Shown here one piece after another: positions 10,174-23,096 of a stretch of 64,000 nucleotides of DNA. The stretch is from Planctomycetota bacterium (GTDB lineage: Bacteria; Planctomycetota; Brocadiia; CAIUPP01). The number at the start of each line of letters is the position of its first letter. Positions within the stretch are counted from its first letter, which is position 1. The notes beneath the pieces are model-generated. The model was not told the DNA's origin. It was given only the letters and a program-made list of their open reading frames with translations, and ran no database searches. The DNA lies in the NCBI GenBank assembly GCA_022705425.1, contig JAKJEM010000001.1, positions 104,253-168,252 of the forward strand, given 5' to 3'. The translations under genes and the position numbers were made by a program.

Positions 10174-10803
10174 ATGCGCATCCTGATCGTTGACGATCAC
10201 GCTGTCGTCCGTCGCGGACTGAGGGAAATCCTGGTCGAGGAGTTCCCCGGCGCCCACGTGGGCGAGGCCGCCTCCGTCGCCGAGGCGGTCGGTATGACCC
10301 GCGCCGGAAGATGGGACCTGGTCATTCTCGATCTCAACTTGCCGGGGGGCAGCGGTCTCGACGCGCTCAAGGAGATCAAGCAGCTCCAACCCCGCCTGCC
10401 CGTGCTGGTGCTGAGCATCTATCCCGAAGACCAGTACGCCGTGCGCGTCCTCGAAGCCGGCGCCAGCGGCTACCTGACCAAGGAAATGGCCCCGGCCGGG
10501 CTCGTTGAGGCCGCGCGCAAGTCCCTCGCCGGCGGGCGCTACGTCAGCCCCGCCCTGGCCGAGCGTCTGGCGCTGCGCTTGGCGCCGGGGCGGAGGGACG
10601 CGCCGCACGAGACCCTTTCCGACCGCGAGTTCCAGGTGTTGCGGATGATTGCCTCGGGCAGGACGGTCGGGCAGATTGCGCAGGAACTCGGCCTCAGCGT
10701 CAAGACCGTCAGCACCTATCGGACGCGGCTGCTCGACAAGATGGGGTTGAAGAACAACGCCGAGCTGACGCGCTACGCCTTCGCCAACCGGGTCATCACC
10801 TGA
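10174..10803 (+). CDS. NarL/FixJ (LuxR)-family response regulator
   Basis: REC motifs MRILIVDDHAVVRRGL...DLVILDLNLPGGSGLD. C-terminal LuxR-type HTH ...DREFQVLRMIASGRTVGQIAQELGLSVKTVSTYRTRLLDKMG. Cognate partner of the HisKA_3 kinase upstream. Confidence 0.85.
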   Translation: MRILIVDDHAVVRRGLREILVEEFPGAHVGEAASVAEAVGMTRAGRWDLVILDLNLPGGSGLDALKEIKQLQPRLPVLVLSIYPEDQYAVRVLEAGASGYLTKEMAPAGLVEAARKSLAGGRYVSPALAERLALRLAPGRRDAPHETLSDREFQVLRMIASGRTVGQIAQELGLSVKTVSTYRTRLLDKMGLKNNAELTRYAFANRVIT

Positions 10804-10825
10804 CCCGCCCAGGCGTGTAGGACAA

Positions 10826-12271
10826 ATGCCTACAGCCTGTCGGACATATCCTGCTTGTGAATCGCTGAGGTCCACCTATAATACCCTAACCTCATGGCTG
10901 GCGGGTTACATTCGACTCCGAAGCCGGCCGTACCCGGAGCATTACGGCGCAGAACCCATGCCGCGTCGCGCGCGCACAAAGGCCGTTCGCGAGAAGGGCG
11001 GGGTCGGCAACGGCTTCGCCCTCGACGAGCACATCCTCTCCAGCATCCAGGACGGCATCAGCGTTCTGGACAGGGATCTGACCGTCCGCAAGGTCAACCC
11101 GACGATGGAGCGCTGGTACGCGCACCGGATGCCTCTTGTCGGCAAGAGGTGCTACGAAGCATACCACGGGCGCACGCGCCGGTGCGGGGTATGCCCCAGC
11201 GTGCAGACCCTGCGGACGGGCGAAGCCGCGCGCGAGGAGGCGCCCTTGCGCGGTACGGGGGCGAACCGCCGCGGTTGGCTCGAACTCTTCAGCTTCCCCC
11301 TTCTCGACGAGGCCGGGCAGGTGTCGGGGGTGATCGAGTACGTGCGCGACATCACCGCCCGCCGGCGGGCCGAGGAGGCGCTTCGGGAATCGGAGGAACG
11401 CTATCACGCGCTCTTCGACCAGGTGGCGGAGTCCATCGTGCTGGTGGACCCGCAGACGCTGCGTATTGTGGAGTTCAACGAGCGCGCGCATCGGACGCTG
11501 AACTACTCGCGGCAGGAGTTCGCGGCGCTGCGCCTGACCCATCTCGCGCCGGAGGGCGGGGCGGACCTTCTCGCCGGGCACGTGCGGGCCGCGGCCGAGT
11601 CGGGGGAGCAGTCCTTCGAAACGCGCGTCCGCACACTCGGCGGAGCGGTGCGGCATGTCCGCGCCGGCGCCCGCGCCGTGACCCTCCGGGGCCGGCGTTT
11701 CGTCCTGTGCGTCTGGCATGACGTGACCGACCTGAAACGCCGCCACGACGCCCTGGAAAATCTCTCGCTCACCGACGAACTGACGGGGCTGCACAACCGG
11801 CGGGGGTTCACGGCGCTGGCGGAGCAGCAGTTGCGGATCGCCAAGCGCCAGCGTTTCGCGGCGGTCCTGGTCTTCATAGACGTGGATAAGCTCAAGCGCG
11901 TTAACGATGCGCTGGGGCATGCCGCCGGGGATCGGGCGTTGCAGGGGGTGGCGCAGGTCCTGCGGCACACCTTCCGCGAGTCCGATGTGGTTGCGCGTCT
12001 GGGGGGCGACGAATTCGCCGCATTGACGTCGCTGCGCCGCGACGGCGAGGGCGGGCGGCGCATCCTTCAGCGGTTGGCGGAGAACCTTCGCCGCGAGAAT
12101 CGCACCCGTCCTCCCGAGGCGCGCATCGCCTTCAGCGCCGGCGGCGCGCTGTGGCGACCGGCCCGCCCCGTGTTGCTGGCCGACCTTCTGGCCGAAGCCG
12201 ACCGCGCCATGTACCGTGTCAAGCGGCGCAAGGCCCGCGCCGCCGCGCGCCTGAAGGCGGCCCGCGATTGA
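10826..12271 (+). CDS. PAS-domain diguanylate cyclase (GGDEF)
   Basis: PAS/PAC-like N-terminal half. GGDEF domain with RRGF...LGGDEFAAL. The true start may be the internal Met at 10958. Confidence 0.7.
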   Translation: MPTACRTYPACESLRSTYNTLTSWLAGYIRLRSRPYPEHYGAEPMPRRARTKAVREKGGVGNGFALDEHILSSIQDGISVLDRDLTVRKVNPTMERWYAHRMPLVGKRCYEAYHGRTRRCGVCPSVQTLRTGEAAREEAPLRGTGANRRGWLELFSFPLLDEAGQVSGVIEYVRDITARRRAEEALRESEERYHALFDQVAESIVLVDPQTLRIVEFNERAHRTLNYSRQEFAALRLTHLAPEGGADLLAGHVRAAAESGEQSFETRVRTLGGAVRHVRAGARAVTLRGRRFVLCVWHDVTDLKRRHDALENLSLTDELTGLHNRRGFTALAEQQLRIAKRQRFAAVLVFIDVDKLKRVNDALGHAAGDRALQGVAQVLRHTFRESDVVARLGGDEFAALTSLRRDGEGGRRILQRLAENLRRENRTRPPEARIAFSAGGALWRPARPVLLADLLAEADRAMYRVKRRKARAAARLKAARD

Positions 12272-12345
12272 CACCGCGCAGCGGTGCGATATACTTCCCG
12301 TAGACCGGTCTGTTCCGGGTACTTGACGCGGGAGGGGAACGTCCG

Positions 12346-14715
<2,370 letters not shown>

Positions 14716-14736
14716 GCCCGTTCAGGAGGAGACGCC

Positions 14737-15177
<441 letters not shown>

Positions 15178-15189
15178 CCAGGGAGAAAC

Positions 15190-16113
15190 ATGCCCCGCCT
15201 TCTGATTGTGGACGACTCCGACGGCGATCGCGATCTCGCGCGCGAGGCCCTCGAGAGCGACGACGTGCAGTTGGCCTTCGCTGAAACAGCCGAACAGGCC
15301 CTTGCGTTGATCGAGCGCCAGCCGCCGGACCTGGTGGTGACCGACCTGCGGATGCCGGGGATGAACGGCCTCGAACTGGTGCAGAAGATCGCCGAGATGG
15401 ATCCGGCAATCCCCGTTGTGCTCATGACGGGCCTGGGTACCGAGGACATCGCCTCGGAGGCGTTGCGGGCGGGGGCGGCCAGCTATGTGCCCAAGCGCTA
15501 CATCCTGCGCGACCTGCGCCCCACCGTGGCCAAAGTCCTGCACGCCGCCCAGGGAGGGCGCGCGCTCGAGGCGCTGGCGCGCGGCGCGGAGAGCATCGAG
15601 CTGCGCTACCGCTTGCGCACCGATCCGGGCATCGTCCAGCCCCTGATCGGGGAGTTGCAGTCCTTTCTGATCCCCATGGGGTTGTGCGATCGCTCGACCT
15701 GCACGCTCGTGGGCATCGCGCTCACCGAAGCGGTGCAGAACGCCCTGTACCACGGGAACCTGGAACTCGTCTCGCGTCTGGAGTGCGCCAACCCCGACGA
15801 GTACGCGCTCACCGCCCGCCGCCGCTTCCGCGAAGCGCCCTACCGCCATCGTTGCGTGGACGTCGCGGCCCGATTCTCGTCCGCCGAGGCGGTTTATGTC
15901 TTTCGCGACGAGGGCAAGGGGTTCGACCCCGCTCGCGTTCCCGATCCCACCGCGCCGGAGAACATCGAGCGTTGCAGCGGACGCGGACTGCTCCTGATGC
16001 GGACCTTCATGGACGAGGTGCGCTACAACGCCGTGGGCAACGAGGTCACCCTCGTCAAGCGGAGGGCAACCCCCGCGTCCGGGCAAGAGGACGCCGTTCC
16101 CGCGCCCGCGTAG
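15190..16113 (+). CDS. response-regulator receiver fused to an RsbW/SpoIIAB-like anti-sigma-factor serine kinase (HATPase_c_2) domain
   Basis: N-terminal REC (LLIVDDSDGDRDL...LVVTDLRMPGMNGLEL). C-terminus GIALTEAVQNALYHGN...FRDEGKGFDP...GRGLLLMRTFMDEVRYN matches the GHKL anti-sigma regulatory kinase family. Confidence 0.6.
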   Translation: MPRLLIVDDSDGDRDLAREALESDDVQLAFAETAEQALALIERQPPDLVVTDLRMPGMNGLELVQKIAEMDPAIPVVLMTGLGTEDIASEALRAGAASYVPKRYILRDLRPTVAKVLHAAQGGRALEALARGAESIELRYRLRTDPGIVQPLIGELQSFLIPMGLCDRSTCTLVGIALTEAVQNALYHGNLELVSRLECANPDEYALTARRRFREAPYRHRCVDVAARFSSAEAVYVFRDEGKGFDPARVPDPTAPENIERCSGRGLLLMRTFMDEVRYNAVGNEVTLVKRRATPASGQEDAVPAPA

Positions 16114-16137
16114 GGTCGCCGGGTGTTGCGGACGGAC

Positions 16138-16572
16138 TCAGCGCAGAACCTGGCGACACCCGAGGATGGCGTTGCGCGCGCTCTCCGGGGGCTCCAGCGT
16201 CAGGATCGGTTTGTAGCGGAAGAACCCCGGCACAGGCATCAGCCGCACATAGTGCGGCCGGCCCGCTTCCACCGACACCGGCAACACCGCCGTCGGCTCT
16301 CCCGCGCGCGATGCCTTGAACGTCGCGACTCCCGGCGTCACGAAGAGGGGAACGTAACTGCCGTCGGCCAGGGTCACCGTTCCCACGCCTTCCACCGCGA
16401 CCTCGAAGTCCACGGCATACTCGACGTTCAGGTGCGGTCGGAAGAGGTAAACCACAGCCTTTCCGGCGGGAACATCGCGCGCTTCCGTGAATGTGGCGCC
16501 GAGTGGAATGCTCGAGCATCCCGCCAGGACCGCCGCCGTCAGCATCGCCGCCACCGCGCCGATCATCCGCAT
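16138..16572 (-). CDS. hypothetical lipoprotein
   Basis: AAGGAG RBS. Lipobox MRMIGAVAAMLTAAVLAGCSS. Confidence 0.5.
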   Translation of the reverse strand: MRMIGAVAAMLTAAVLAGCSSIPLGATFTEARDVPAGKAVVYLFRPHLNVEYAVDFEVAVEGVGTVTLADGSYVPLFVTPGVATFKASRAGEPTAVLPVSVEAGRPHYVRLMPVPGFFRYKPILTLEPPESARNAILGCRQVLR

Positions 16573-16614
16573 GGCTTGCTCCTTTCCGATGAACCCGCCG
16601 GATCCGCCGCCGCC

Positions 16615-17649
16615 CTACCGGGGCGCCTCCGACACTTCAGCCAGCAACTCCGCCGTCAGGCGCTTGCCCTGCGCCGTTGCTTCCGCGAGGGCGGCAACGG
16701 CCTTGTCCCGCGCGGCGGACGCCGCGTCAAGACCCTTCTGAAGTTCTTCCCGCCGCCGCGCCTGCGCAGTGGTGTCAATCCGTTCCTGCGTTCGCGTCGT
16801 CGTGACGATGTAGCGCCGCCCCTGGCACTGGGGGCATATCTGCGTGATGACAAGCGGCACGGTGTAGGTGTCGTACGCGCCGTCGCCGATGCTGTGCACG
16901 CCGATGATATGCTGCTGGTCCGCGTTCTGGGGCAGGCTGTTGCTCACCGTCGTGATGCGCCCGGCGCCCCAGCAGCGCGGACAGACGGCGCGTTCCTCGT
17001 GGGTCACGGTGCGGATCGGGTTGTTGATGGCCGCCGTCAGCGATGCGATCTCCTGGGCGGCCTGAGCGATCTCGGCGGTGCGGCGCGCGTGTTCGGCCCG
17101 GGCGGATTGTTCGCGCTCCTCCACCTGGCGGAGGGCGTCCACCGTGTCGGCGGCGCGCGCCGTCCAGGCGTCCGTCGCCTGAAGGGCCTTGAGCCGGTCG
17201 AGCGCCAGCCGCGCGGCCGAAGTCTCTGCGTGCGCCATAGCCATGCGCAGCGTGGCGCGCGCCGTGGCGGCGTCGCCCCCGGTCGCGGCGCGCCGCAGTT
17301 CGCGCCGCCCTGCGCCGTCGAGCATCTGCGCGAAGCACCACTCCGCCAACTTCAGATGGCCCGCCGCGTCGTCCGACGCCAGCGCCGCCGCGCGCGTTTC
17401 ATACGCGCCGCGCTGCTCCTCGGTCGTTACGATCTTCGCCACGTCCTTCCGGGCCAGCTTCGTCAGCTTGTGGTCCGTTCCTACCACCCACACCGCGTCG
17501 TCCGATTCCGAGAAGACGTTCAGGACCGTCTCCACGCGTCCGTCCTTGAAGGTGATGACCCCTGCGGCCAGAGGCGCCGCCAGGAGGAAGACTCCAAGGA
17601 TCCCCGCCGCCGTCCACTGCGCCCCTGCATCGCGACCTTCGATTCGCAT
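16615..17649 (-). CDS. hypothetical membrane-anchored coiled-coil protein with a C-terminal CxxC...CxxC zinc ribbon
   Basis: ATG at 17649 is preceded by GGGAGGAG. N-terminal TM (ILGVFLLAAPLAAGV). Ala/Arg-rich coiled coil. CPRCWGAGRI...CPQCQGRRYI. Confidence 0.45.
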   Translation of the reverse strand: MRIEGRDAGAQWTAAGILGVFLLAAPLAAGVITFKDGRVETVLNVFSESDDAVWVVGTDHKLTKLARKDVAKIVTTEEQRGAYETRAAALASDDAAGHLKLAEWCFAQMLDGAGRRELRRAATGGDAATARATLRMAMAHAETSAARLALDRLKALQATDAWTARAADTVDALRQVEEREQSARAEHARRTAEIAQAAQEIASLTAAINNPIRTVTHEERAVCPRCWGAGRITTVSNSLPQNADQQHIIGVHSIGDGAYDTYTVPLVITQICPQCQGRRYIVTTTRTQERIDTTAQARRREELQKGLDAASAARDKAVAALAEATAQGKRLTAELLAEVSEAPR

Positions 17650-17873
17650 CGCCGGTCTCCTCCCAGTCGTCCATGCGCCCGATTGAGCCATAGTCTAACC
17701 CGGCCCATTCGCGCACCGCAAGCGTTTCGTGAATGAGCCGGGCGGGCGATTGCGCCCCCCGCGCCGCCTCCTTGCCGAACCCGCGGGGCGACTTGTCATC
17801 CGCCTCGCTGCCGGGTATCTTCCTGGTCGTGAGCCGGCAGAACCGGACGCACTTGCTCCACGAAAGGACGACG

Positions 17874-18956
17874 ATGTTCTCTAAGCGTTACTGGCTCTGT
17901 GTCGGGACATACACCCTTCGCGGCGCTCGGGGGATCGCCTTGGCAGCCTTTGATGCCGTCGCCGGCGAGATCGGGCCGTTCGCCTTCGCCGCCGAACTCC
18001 CGAACCCCACCTTCCAGGCGCTCCATCCCAACGGCCGCGTCCTCTACTCCGTCAGCGAGGTTCGCGACGCCGCCGGACGCCGCGGCGGCGCGATCCACGC
18101 CTTTGCCGTGAACTGCGCCACCGGCGCCCTGACCTTCCTCAACAGCCGTCCCTCCGAAGGCGCGGGGCCCTGTCACGTTTCCGTGGACGGCGCAGGCCGC
18201 TATGTGATGGCCGCCAATTACGCCTCCGGCAGCGCGGTCGTCTTTCCCATCGAGGCCGAAGGAAGGATCGGCCCGGCCTCGGGCGTGGCGCAGCACGCGG
18301 GCTCCGGGCCGAATCCCGACCGCCAGAAGGGGCCGCACGCGCACTCCATCACGCCAGACCCCAAAGGCCGCCTGGCCCTGGTGGCGGACTTGGGGCTCGA
18401 CCGCGTGATGCTCTATCGGCTCGATGACCCGCCGGGGGGGCTGACGCCGGCCGACCCGCCGAGCGTCGCCGTGCCCCCCGGCCACGGCCCGCGCCATGTC
18501 GCCTTCCATCCCGCCCTGCCCTGGGTTTACGTCGTTAACGAAATGGGCAACAGCGTCACCGCCTTCTCGATCCAAGGACCGGGTGAACTGCTGCGCGCGG
18601 AGCAGACGCTCTCCACCCTGCCGCCCGGCTTCGCCGAGGACAACACCGGCGCGGACATCCACGTGCATCCCAACGGGCGCTTCCTCTACGCCTCCAATCG
18701 CGGCCACGACAGCCTTGCGCTCTTCCGCATCGGCCCCGACGGACGCCTGACGCCGGGGGGCTGGTATCCGACGCAGGGCCGGTGTCCGCGGAACTTCGCC
18801 CTGGACCCTGCCGGGCGCTGGCTGCTGGCGGCCCATCAGGAGAGCGATTCGATCGTCCTCTTCCGCGTGGACCCCGCCACCGGCGCCCTGAGTCCGTCCG
18901 GACGCGCTGTCGAAATCTCGATGCCGGTCTGTCTGACCTTGATCCCCGCCCCGTAG
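17874..18956 (+). CDS. 6-phosphogluconolactonase-like beta-propeller (Lactonase / YbhE family)
   Basis: ATG at 17874 is preceded by AAAGGA. The N-terminus YWLCVGTYT...GIALAAFDAVAGEI...LHPNGRVLYSVSEV and the repeated ...PNGRFLYASNRGHDSLALFR blades are typical of the 7-bladed lactonase family. Confidence 0.65.
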   Translation: MFSKRYWLCVGTYTLRGARGIALAAFDAVAGEIGPFAFAAELPNPTFQALHPNGRVLYSVSEVRDAAGRRGGAIHAFAVNCATGALTFLNSRPSEGAGPCHVSVDGAGRYVMAANYASGSAVVFPIEAEGRIGPASGVAQHAGSGPNPDRQKGPHAHSITPDPKGRLALVADLGLDRVMLYRLDDPPGGLTPADPPSVAVPPGHGPRHVAFHPALPWVYVVNEMGNSVTAFSIQGPGELLRAEQTLSTLPPGFAEDNTGADIHVHPNGRFLYASNRGHDSLALFRIGPDGRLTPGGWYPTQGRCPRNFALDPAGRWLLAAHQESDSIVLFRVDPATGALSPSGRAVEISMPVCLTLIPAP

Positions 18957-18992
18957 CCGGGGCGTTCATCCCCGCTGGAGGAAGCCCGCGCC

Positions 18993-20261
18993 ATGACATG
19001 GAAAATCCCCAAGACCGAACGGACGCGCCTGCGCACCCTCGCCCGCAAGCAGGCCGAGGCCGCCGCCCTGCCCGTCATGGCCGAGCGCCGGCGCATGTGG
19101 TACGACCTCAACGACGGCGTCGCCGGCGTCCGCCCGCCGGTGGTCATCGAAACGCAGACCTTCGACCGCGACTTCATGCCCGAGAGCGTTTACCGCTGCG
19201 CCTCGAAGACCGGACGCGCCATCGAGCGCCAACTGCTGCGCAACGTGCGCGAGCACGAACTGATTGACGACGACCGCGTCACACCCGACTCTTACGCCCT
19301 CGGATGGTTCGTCTCGATAGACGCCCTCGGCGTCGCCATCCCGCGCGACAGGGTCAAAGACGCGCAGGGCGTCCTCACCGGCTATCGCTTCCTCCACCCG
19401 ATCAAGGACATCCGGCGCGACCTGGACCTCGTCAAACCCCCCGTCTGCTCCGTGGACCGCGAGGGCACGCTCGCCTACAAGGCCTTCCTGGAGGACCTCT
19501 TCGGCGACATCCTTCCCGTGCGGCTCGCCGGGAGCGTGTACGGGCGTCTGATGCTCACGCACACCGTCGTCGAACTCATGGGCATGGAGGCCTTCTTCAT
19601 GGCCATGTACGACGCCCCCGATGAAGCGCACCGCCTGATGGCCCGCCTGCGCGACAACGCCCTGGCCGTCATGCGCTGGGCCGAGGCCGAGGGCCTGCTC
19701 GTCCTCAACAACGAAAATGACGTCAGCTTCGGATCGAGCTTCAACTTCACCCGCCGCCTTCCCGCGCCCGGCTACACCGGCGGCCCCGCGCGCCTCTGCG
19801 ACATGTGGGGCGGCGCCAACTCGCAGGAGACCGTCGGCGTCTCGCGCGAGATGTTCCACGAGTTCTGCTTCCCGTACTATCGCGACGTCTGCGCCCCCCT
19901 CGGCCTGCTCTATTACGGCTGCTGCGAACCGGCCCATCCCTTCTGGGACGACCTGAGCCGACTCCCGCACCTGAAGAAGATCTCCATCTCGCGCTGGTGC
20001 GACCAGGCCTTCATGGCCGAGGCCCTGCGCGGCACGGGCATCGTCTTCTCCCGCAAGCCCGATCCCAACTTCCTCTCCGTGGACGCCGTCCTCAACGAAG
20101 ACGCCTGGGCTGCGCACATCCGTGAAACACTCGACCTCACGCGCGGCCTGCCCGTCGAGTTCATCATCCGCGACGTTTACACCATCCACGCGAATATCGA
20201 GAACGCCCGCCGGGCGGTGGACATTGCGCGGCGCGAGATTGACCGCCGCCATCGTCCATGA
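18993..20261 (+). CDS. hypothetical protein, possibly uroporphyrinogen-decarboxylase (URO-D)-like fold
   Basis: 422-aa ORF with GC-rich third-codon positions. The ...LGLLYYGCCEPAHPFWDDL... region is loosely reminiscent of the URO-D/MtaA family. Assignment not confirmed. Confidence 0.35.
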   Translation: MTWKIPKTERTRLRTLARKQAEAAALPVMAERRRMWYDLNDGVAGVRPPVVIETQTFDRDFMPESVYRCASKTGRAIERQLLRNVREHELIDDDRVTPDSYALGWFVSIDALGVAIPRDRVKDAQGVLTGYRFLHPIKDIRRDLDLVKPPVCSVDREGTLAYKAFLEDLFGDILPVRLAGSVYGRLMLTHTVVELMGMEAFFMAMYDAPDEAHRLMARLRDNALAVMRWAEAEGLLVLNNENDVSFGSSFNFTRRLPAPGYTGGPARLCDMWGGANSQETVGVSREMFHEFCFPYYRDVCAPLGLLYYGCCEPAHPFWDDLSRLPHLKKISISRWCDQAFMAEALRGTGIVFSRKPDPNFLSVDAVLNEDAWAAHIRETLDLTRGLPVEFIIRDVYTIHANIENARRAVDIARREIDRRHRP

Positions 20262-20869
20262 CACGCCGTTCCTTCGACGGCCCTTCGGCGCGCACGGAGG
20301 GCCGTCTCCCTGGCCGGAGGCCGATCGTGAGTGTCCTGGACGTCATCGCCCGACGTGTAAGTTGCCGCGCCTACCGGCCCGATCCGATCCCCCAGGGCGA
20401 CATCGAGCGCCTCCTCGACGCCGCGCGGCTGGCGCCTTCGGCCTGCAACAAGCAGCCGTGGCGGCTGGCCGTGGCGCGGGAGGCGGCGACACGCGCGCGC
20501 ATCGTGCGCGAAGGCTTCCTTCCCGGCCTGCGCATGGACTGGGCGCTCGATGCGCCCGTGCATGTGGTCCTTGGGATCGAGCGCGCCCTGGCGACGCATC
20601 GCCTCGCCGTCCTCTTCTCCGGCGTGGACTATCCCTGGCTGGACATCGGCATCGCCGGGGAGCACCTCGTTCTAGCCGCGGAGGAACTCGGCATCGGCAG
20701 TTGCTGGATCGGCTGGATTGCGCCGCGGCCCCTGGCCCGCCTGATCGGTTGGCCGCGCGCCGTCCGCCCCGTTGCCGTCATCACCCTGGGCTATCCGCGC
20801 GACCCCGGCGCGGCTTCGCCCCCGGCCGGGCGGCGCAAGGCCCTGGCGGAAATCGTCCGGTGGTTGTGA
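20258..20869 (+). CDS. nitroreductase family protein
   Basis: VLDVIARRVSCRAYRPDPIPQGDIERLLDAARLAPSACNKQPWRLAVA is a typical nitroreductase N-terminus. The start overlaps the previous stop (ATGA). A later GTG start is possible. Confidence 0.7.
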   Translation: MTRRSFDGPSARTEGRLPGRRPIVSVLDVIARRVSCRAYRPDPIPQGDIERLLDAARLAPSACNKQPWRLAVAREAATRARIVREGFLPGLRMDWALDAPVHVVLGIERALATHRLAVLFSGVDYPWLDIGIAGEHLVLAAEELGIGSCWIGWIAPRPLARLIGWPRAVRPVAVITLGYPRDPGAASPPAGRRKALAEIVRWL

Positions 20870-20897
20870 GCCTCGTGCGCATCCGGTTCCGCCGGCG

Positions 20898-20952
20898 GAG
20901 AAGGTGGGCCCTGCTGGATTCGAACCAGCGACCAAGGGATTATGAGTCCCCC
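20898..20952. repeat. 55-bp direct repeat, left copy (attL-like): partial duplicate of the 3' end of tRNA-Met(CAT)
   Basis: Positions 20898-20952 are identical to 54338-54392, which contain the 3' ~50 nt of the tRNA gene at 54343-54418. The tRNA 5' half is absent here, as expected for an attachment-site duplicate created by integration. Confidence 0.7.
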
Positions 20953-21149
20953 CCATCGGCTAATGGTGGCAAGGCTCCCGCGAGTGTCTTACCGCGCAGC
21001 TTACCGCCGGCACTGCCCGAAGACCTCTCCCAAGTGGTGAAGTCCTGGCCCAATCTGCCCGCATCCGTCCGCGCCGGGATCGTGGCGATGGTGAAGGCGA
21101 TCCGGCCATGACATCCATGCGGACGATGCGCCACGGGTCGGTGCGTCCG

Positions 21150-23096
21150 CTATGCGGGCGTAACAGGCTGGGGGCCGCCATCGAGTCGGTTGAGTGCGGC
21201 CGCCAGTTCTGTCCGCGCCGCATCAACTTTGCCCGCGTCAACGTACTTCTCAAGGGTCCTATCCACCTCCGCCATGATCGCTTCGAGTTCCGGCAAGCCG
21301 AGGAAGGAGTACTTCTCGCCGTGCGTCTGCTTGTGCCACCGGTCCTGCGCCGCCGACGCCTTGTTGGAGATCAGGCACAAGTGCGCCTGCAACTCCACCA
21401 TCCGGTTGGATAGAGCGTGCTCCGCCCTGGGGGTGAGGTCCCCAGAGGCTTCCTGTTGGAGTAACTCGGCCTCCGTCGCGGCGAGCATGTTCTCCGCCCG
21501 CTCACGTAGCGCGCAGGCGTGCGCCAAATGCTCCAGGGCATTGGTAACGCCGGGGTCGTTCTTGTACCTGGCCCTGATGTCGGCCAAAGAACTCCACAAT
21601 CGCGCCGACCACAGTCCGGTCGTGGGCGGCCTGCCGCCCGGCTTACGACGGTTCCCCGCGCCACCCGGGCGGTGCTTCGTTCCGGCCCCATGCACCGCGC
21701 AGACAGCGGAACCCGTGTTGGCCCAACGACCGCACCGCGTCCCCGTCGCCTTGCACCTGGCCTGGCATCGCTGTTGTCCCGTGGGTACTCCCGCGACGCA
21801 CGGGCGGGCCTTGCCTCCGTTGAGCGGCAGCCTTTCCATGAGGGTTTCCACGACTCGATCCTTTCCATGAGGGTATCCCGACGAGGCTGGACGAACGAAC
21901 GGAAACGCTTCTCGTTGCATGGATTCCTTATGAAGCACGGGAACCGTCCGAATCAAGAAGTGCCGGTAAATCGCGCATGGGCAGGCCGAACCGTGGGGGA
22001 TGGGCACTTGGAGAGTCCGGTTGTCGCCGGCGACCAGGAAAGCAGCTGTCGCAGAGGCGGCGTGGTGGGTTCTGGGCGCGGCGGGCGACACCGAAACCGT
22101 GAACTCCGGGGCGGCGCTTTGCTGCCAGCGGTTCACGACGGGGTTGGTCGGGGCTGGTTTGAGGACCATCCCAGGAAAGAGGGAGAGTTGGCCCTTGCAG
22201 AGCGCGTCGAGTGTGCTTTGCCGGACGACGAGGGACTTGACAAGGGGACGATTCGGGGGTACAGTCCCTGTGGGTGAAGACGAATCGCGACCGTCGCTAC
22301 GAGCGTTGTGCGACTGGACGCCCTCTCCGGGTGTCATGCTCGCGCGGTTGGCTCCGCCTTCACCCTTTTTTCGTTTGTAGATGGTTTGCAGCGCCAGGTG
22401 GCGGCGCTTGGAGCGGACCTCTTCCCCGACGATGACATAGTCCCCGGCGTCCATCTCGTACTCGACCATCGGAGGCATTCCGCGCTTCTGTGAGACGCGG
22501 ACGATGTTCTCAGGGCGCGTGACTTCGCCGATGTGCCTGAAGTCGTCGACGGTGATCGGCACCTGTCCCCTTGGCTCTTCGGTCTCGGGAGTTCCGTGGT
22601 TTCGCATGCTGTGCCGGATTCCATACGAGTCGATGACGTGCTGATAGCCGGCAACGTCAATGCCGGTCTTTTCCTTGAAGGCGCGCGCCTCTACGTCGTT
22701 GACGATGCGATAGACGATGCCGCGGCGCGGCGCGCCAGGCTGGTCGACGGAGTACTGATAGAGGTCCTCGATGGCATGGATAGCTTCGGTGGGGTCGCCG
22801 GCTACCGACACAAGGCCACGCGCCAGATTCCCATCGCCGTAGATCGGGCCATCTTCCGCGACGCCGACGGTGTCGCGCTCGACGCGGATGGCATCTGGCG
22901 CGGACTGGGGCGGGTTGCGGGGCATGACGAGGACGATCTCCCCTGCTCCGGCGGCGTCATGGCAGGGGAACCAACCGAAGAGTAAGACCTTTCGGGGGGC
23001 AGAGCGGGGACTCCCGAAAGACCCCCACAGCCGTGAAGGACTCGTCGACGTCTGGCCCCCGAGTCCTTCACTCCTCTGCGGGTCGGCGGGCCGCAT
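21150..23096 (-). CDS. large hypothetical protein (first gene inside the island); an N-terminal region may be a phage/ICE polyvalent-protein-type nuclease-like domain
   Basis: 648-aa ORF with GC-rich third-codon positions (for example ATG GTC GAG TAC GAG ATG GAC GCC GGG GAC TAT). The IVYRIVNDVEARAFKEKTGIDVAGYQHVIDSYGIRHSMRNHG block and a Cys/Gly-rich C..C...C..HGAG segment are present. No confident family. Confidence 0.4.
   Translation of the reverse strand: MRPADPQRSEGLGGQTSTSPSRLWGSFGSPRSAPRKVLLFGWFPCHDAAGAGEIVLVMPRNPPQSAPDAIRVERDTVGVAEDGPIYGDGNLARGLVSVAGDPTEAIHAIEDLYQYSVDQPGAPRRGIVYRIVNDVEARAFKEKTGIDVAGYQHVIDSYGIRHSMRNHGTPETEEPRGQVPITVDDFRHIGEVTRPENIVRVSQKRGMPPMVEYEMDAGDYVIVGEEVRSKRRHLALQTIYKRKKGEGGANRASMTPGEGVQSHNARSDGRDSSSPTGTVPPNRPLVKSLVVRQSTLDALCKGQLSLFPGMVLKPAPTNPVVNRWQQSAAPEFTVSVSPAAPRTHHAASATAAFLVAGDNRTLQVPIPHGSACPCAIYRHFLIRTVPVLHKESMQREAFPFVRPASSGYPHGKDRVVETLMERLPLNGGKARPCVAGVPTGQQRCQARCKATGTRCGRWANTGSAVCAVHGAGTKHRPGGAGNRRKPGGRPPTTGLWSARLWSSLADIRARYKNDPGVTNALEHLAHACALRERAENMLAATEAELLQQEASGDLTPRAEHALSNRMVELQAHLCLISNKASAAQDRWHKQTHGEKYSFLGLPELEAIMAEVDRTLEKYVDAGKVDAARTELAAALNRLDGGPQPVTPA

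Noticed and set aside
20122-21111. 329-aa plus ORF spanning attL and containing the peptide RWALLDSNQRPRDYESP
   Set aside because: That peptide is just the translation of the tRNA-derived direct repeat (the same string ends the integrase ORF). It overlaps the nitroreductase gene and has no RBS. Spurious.
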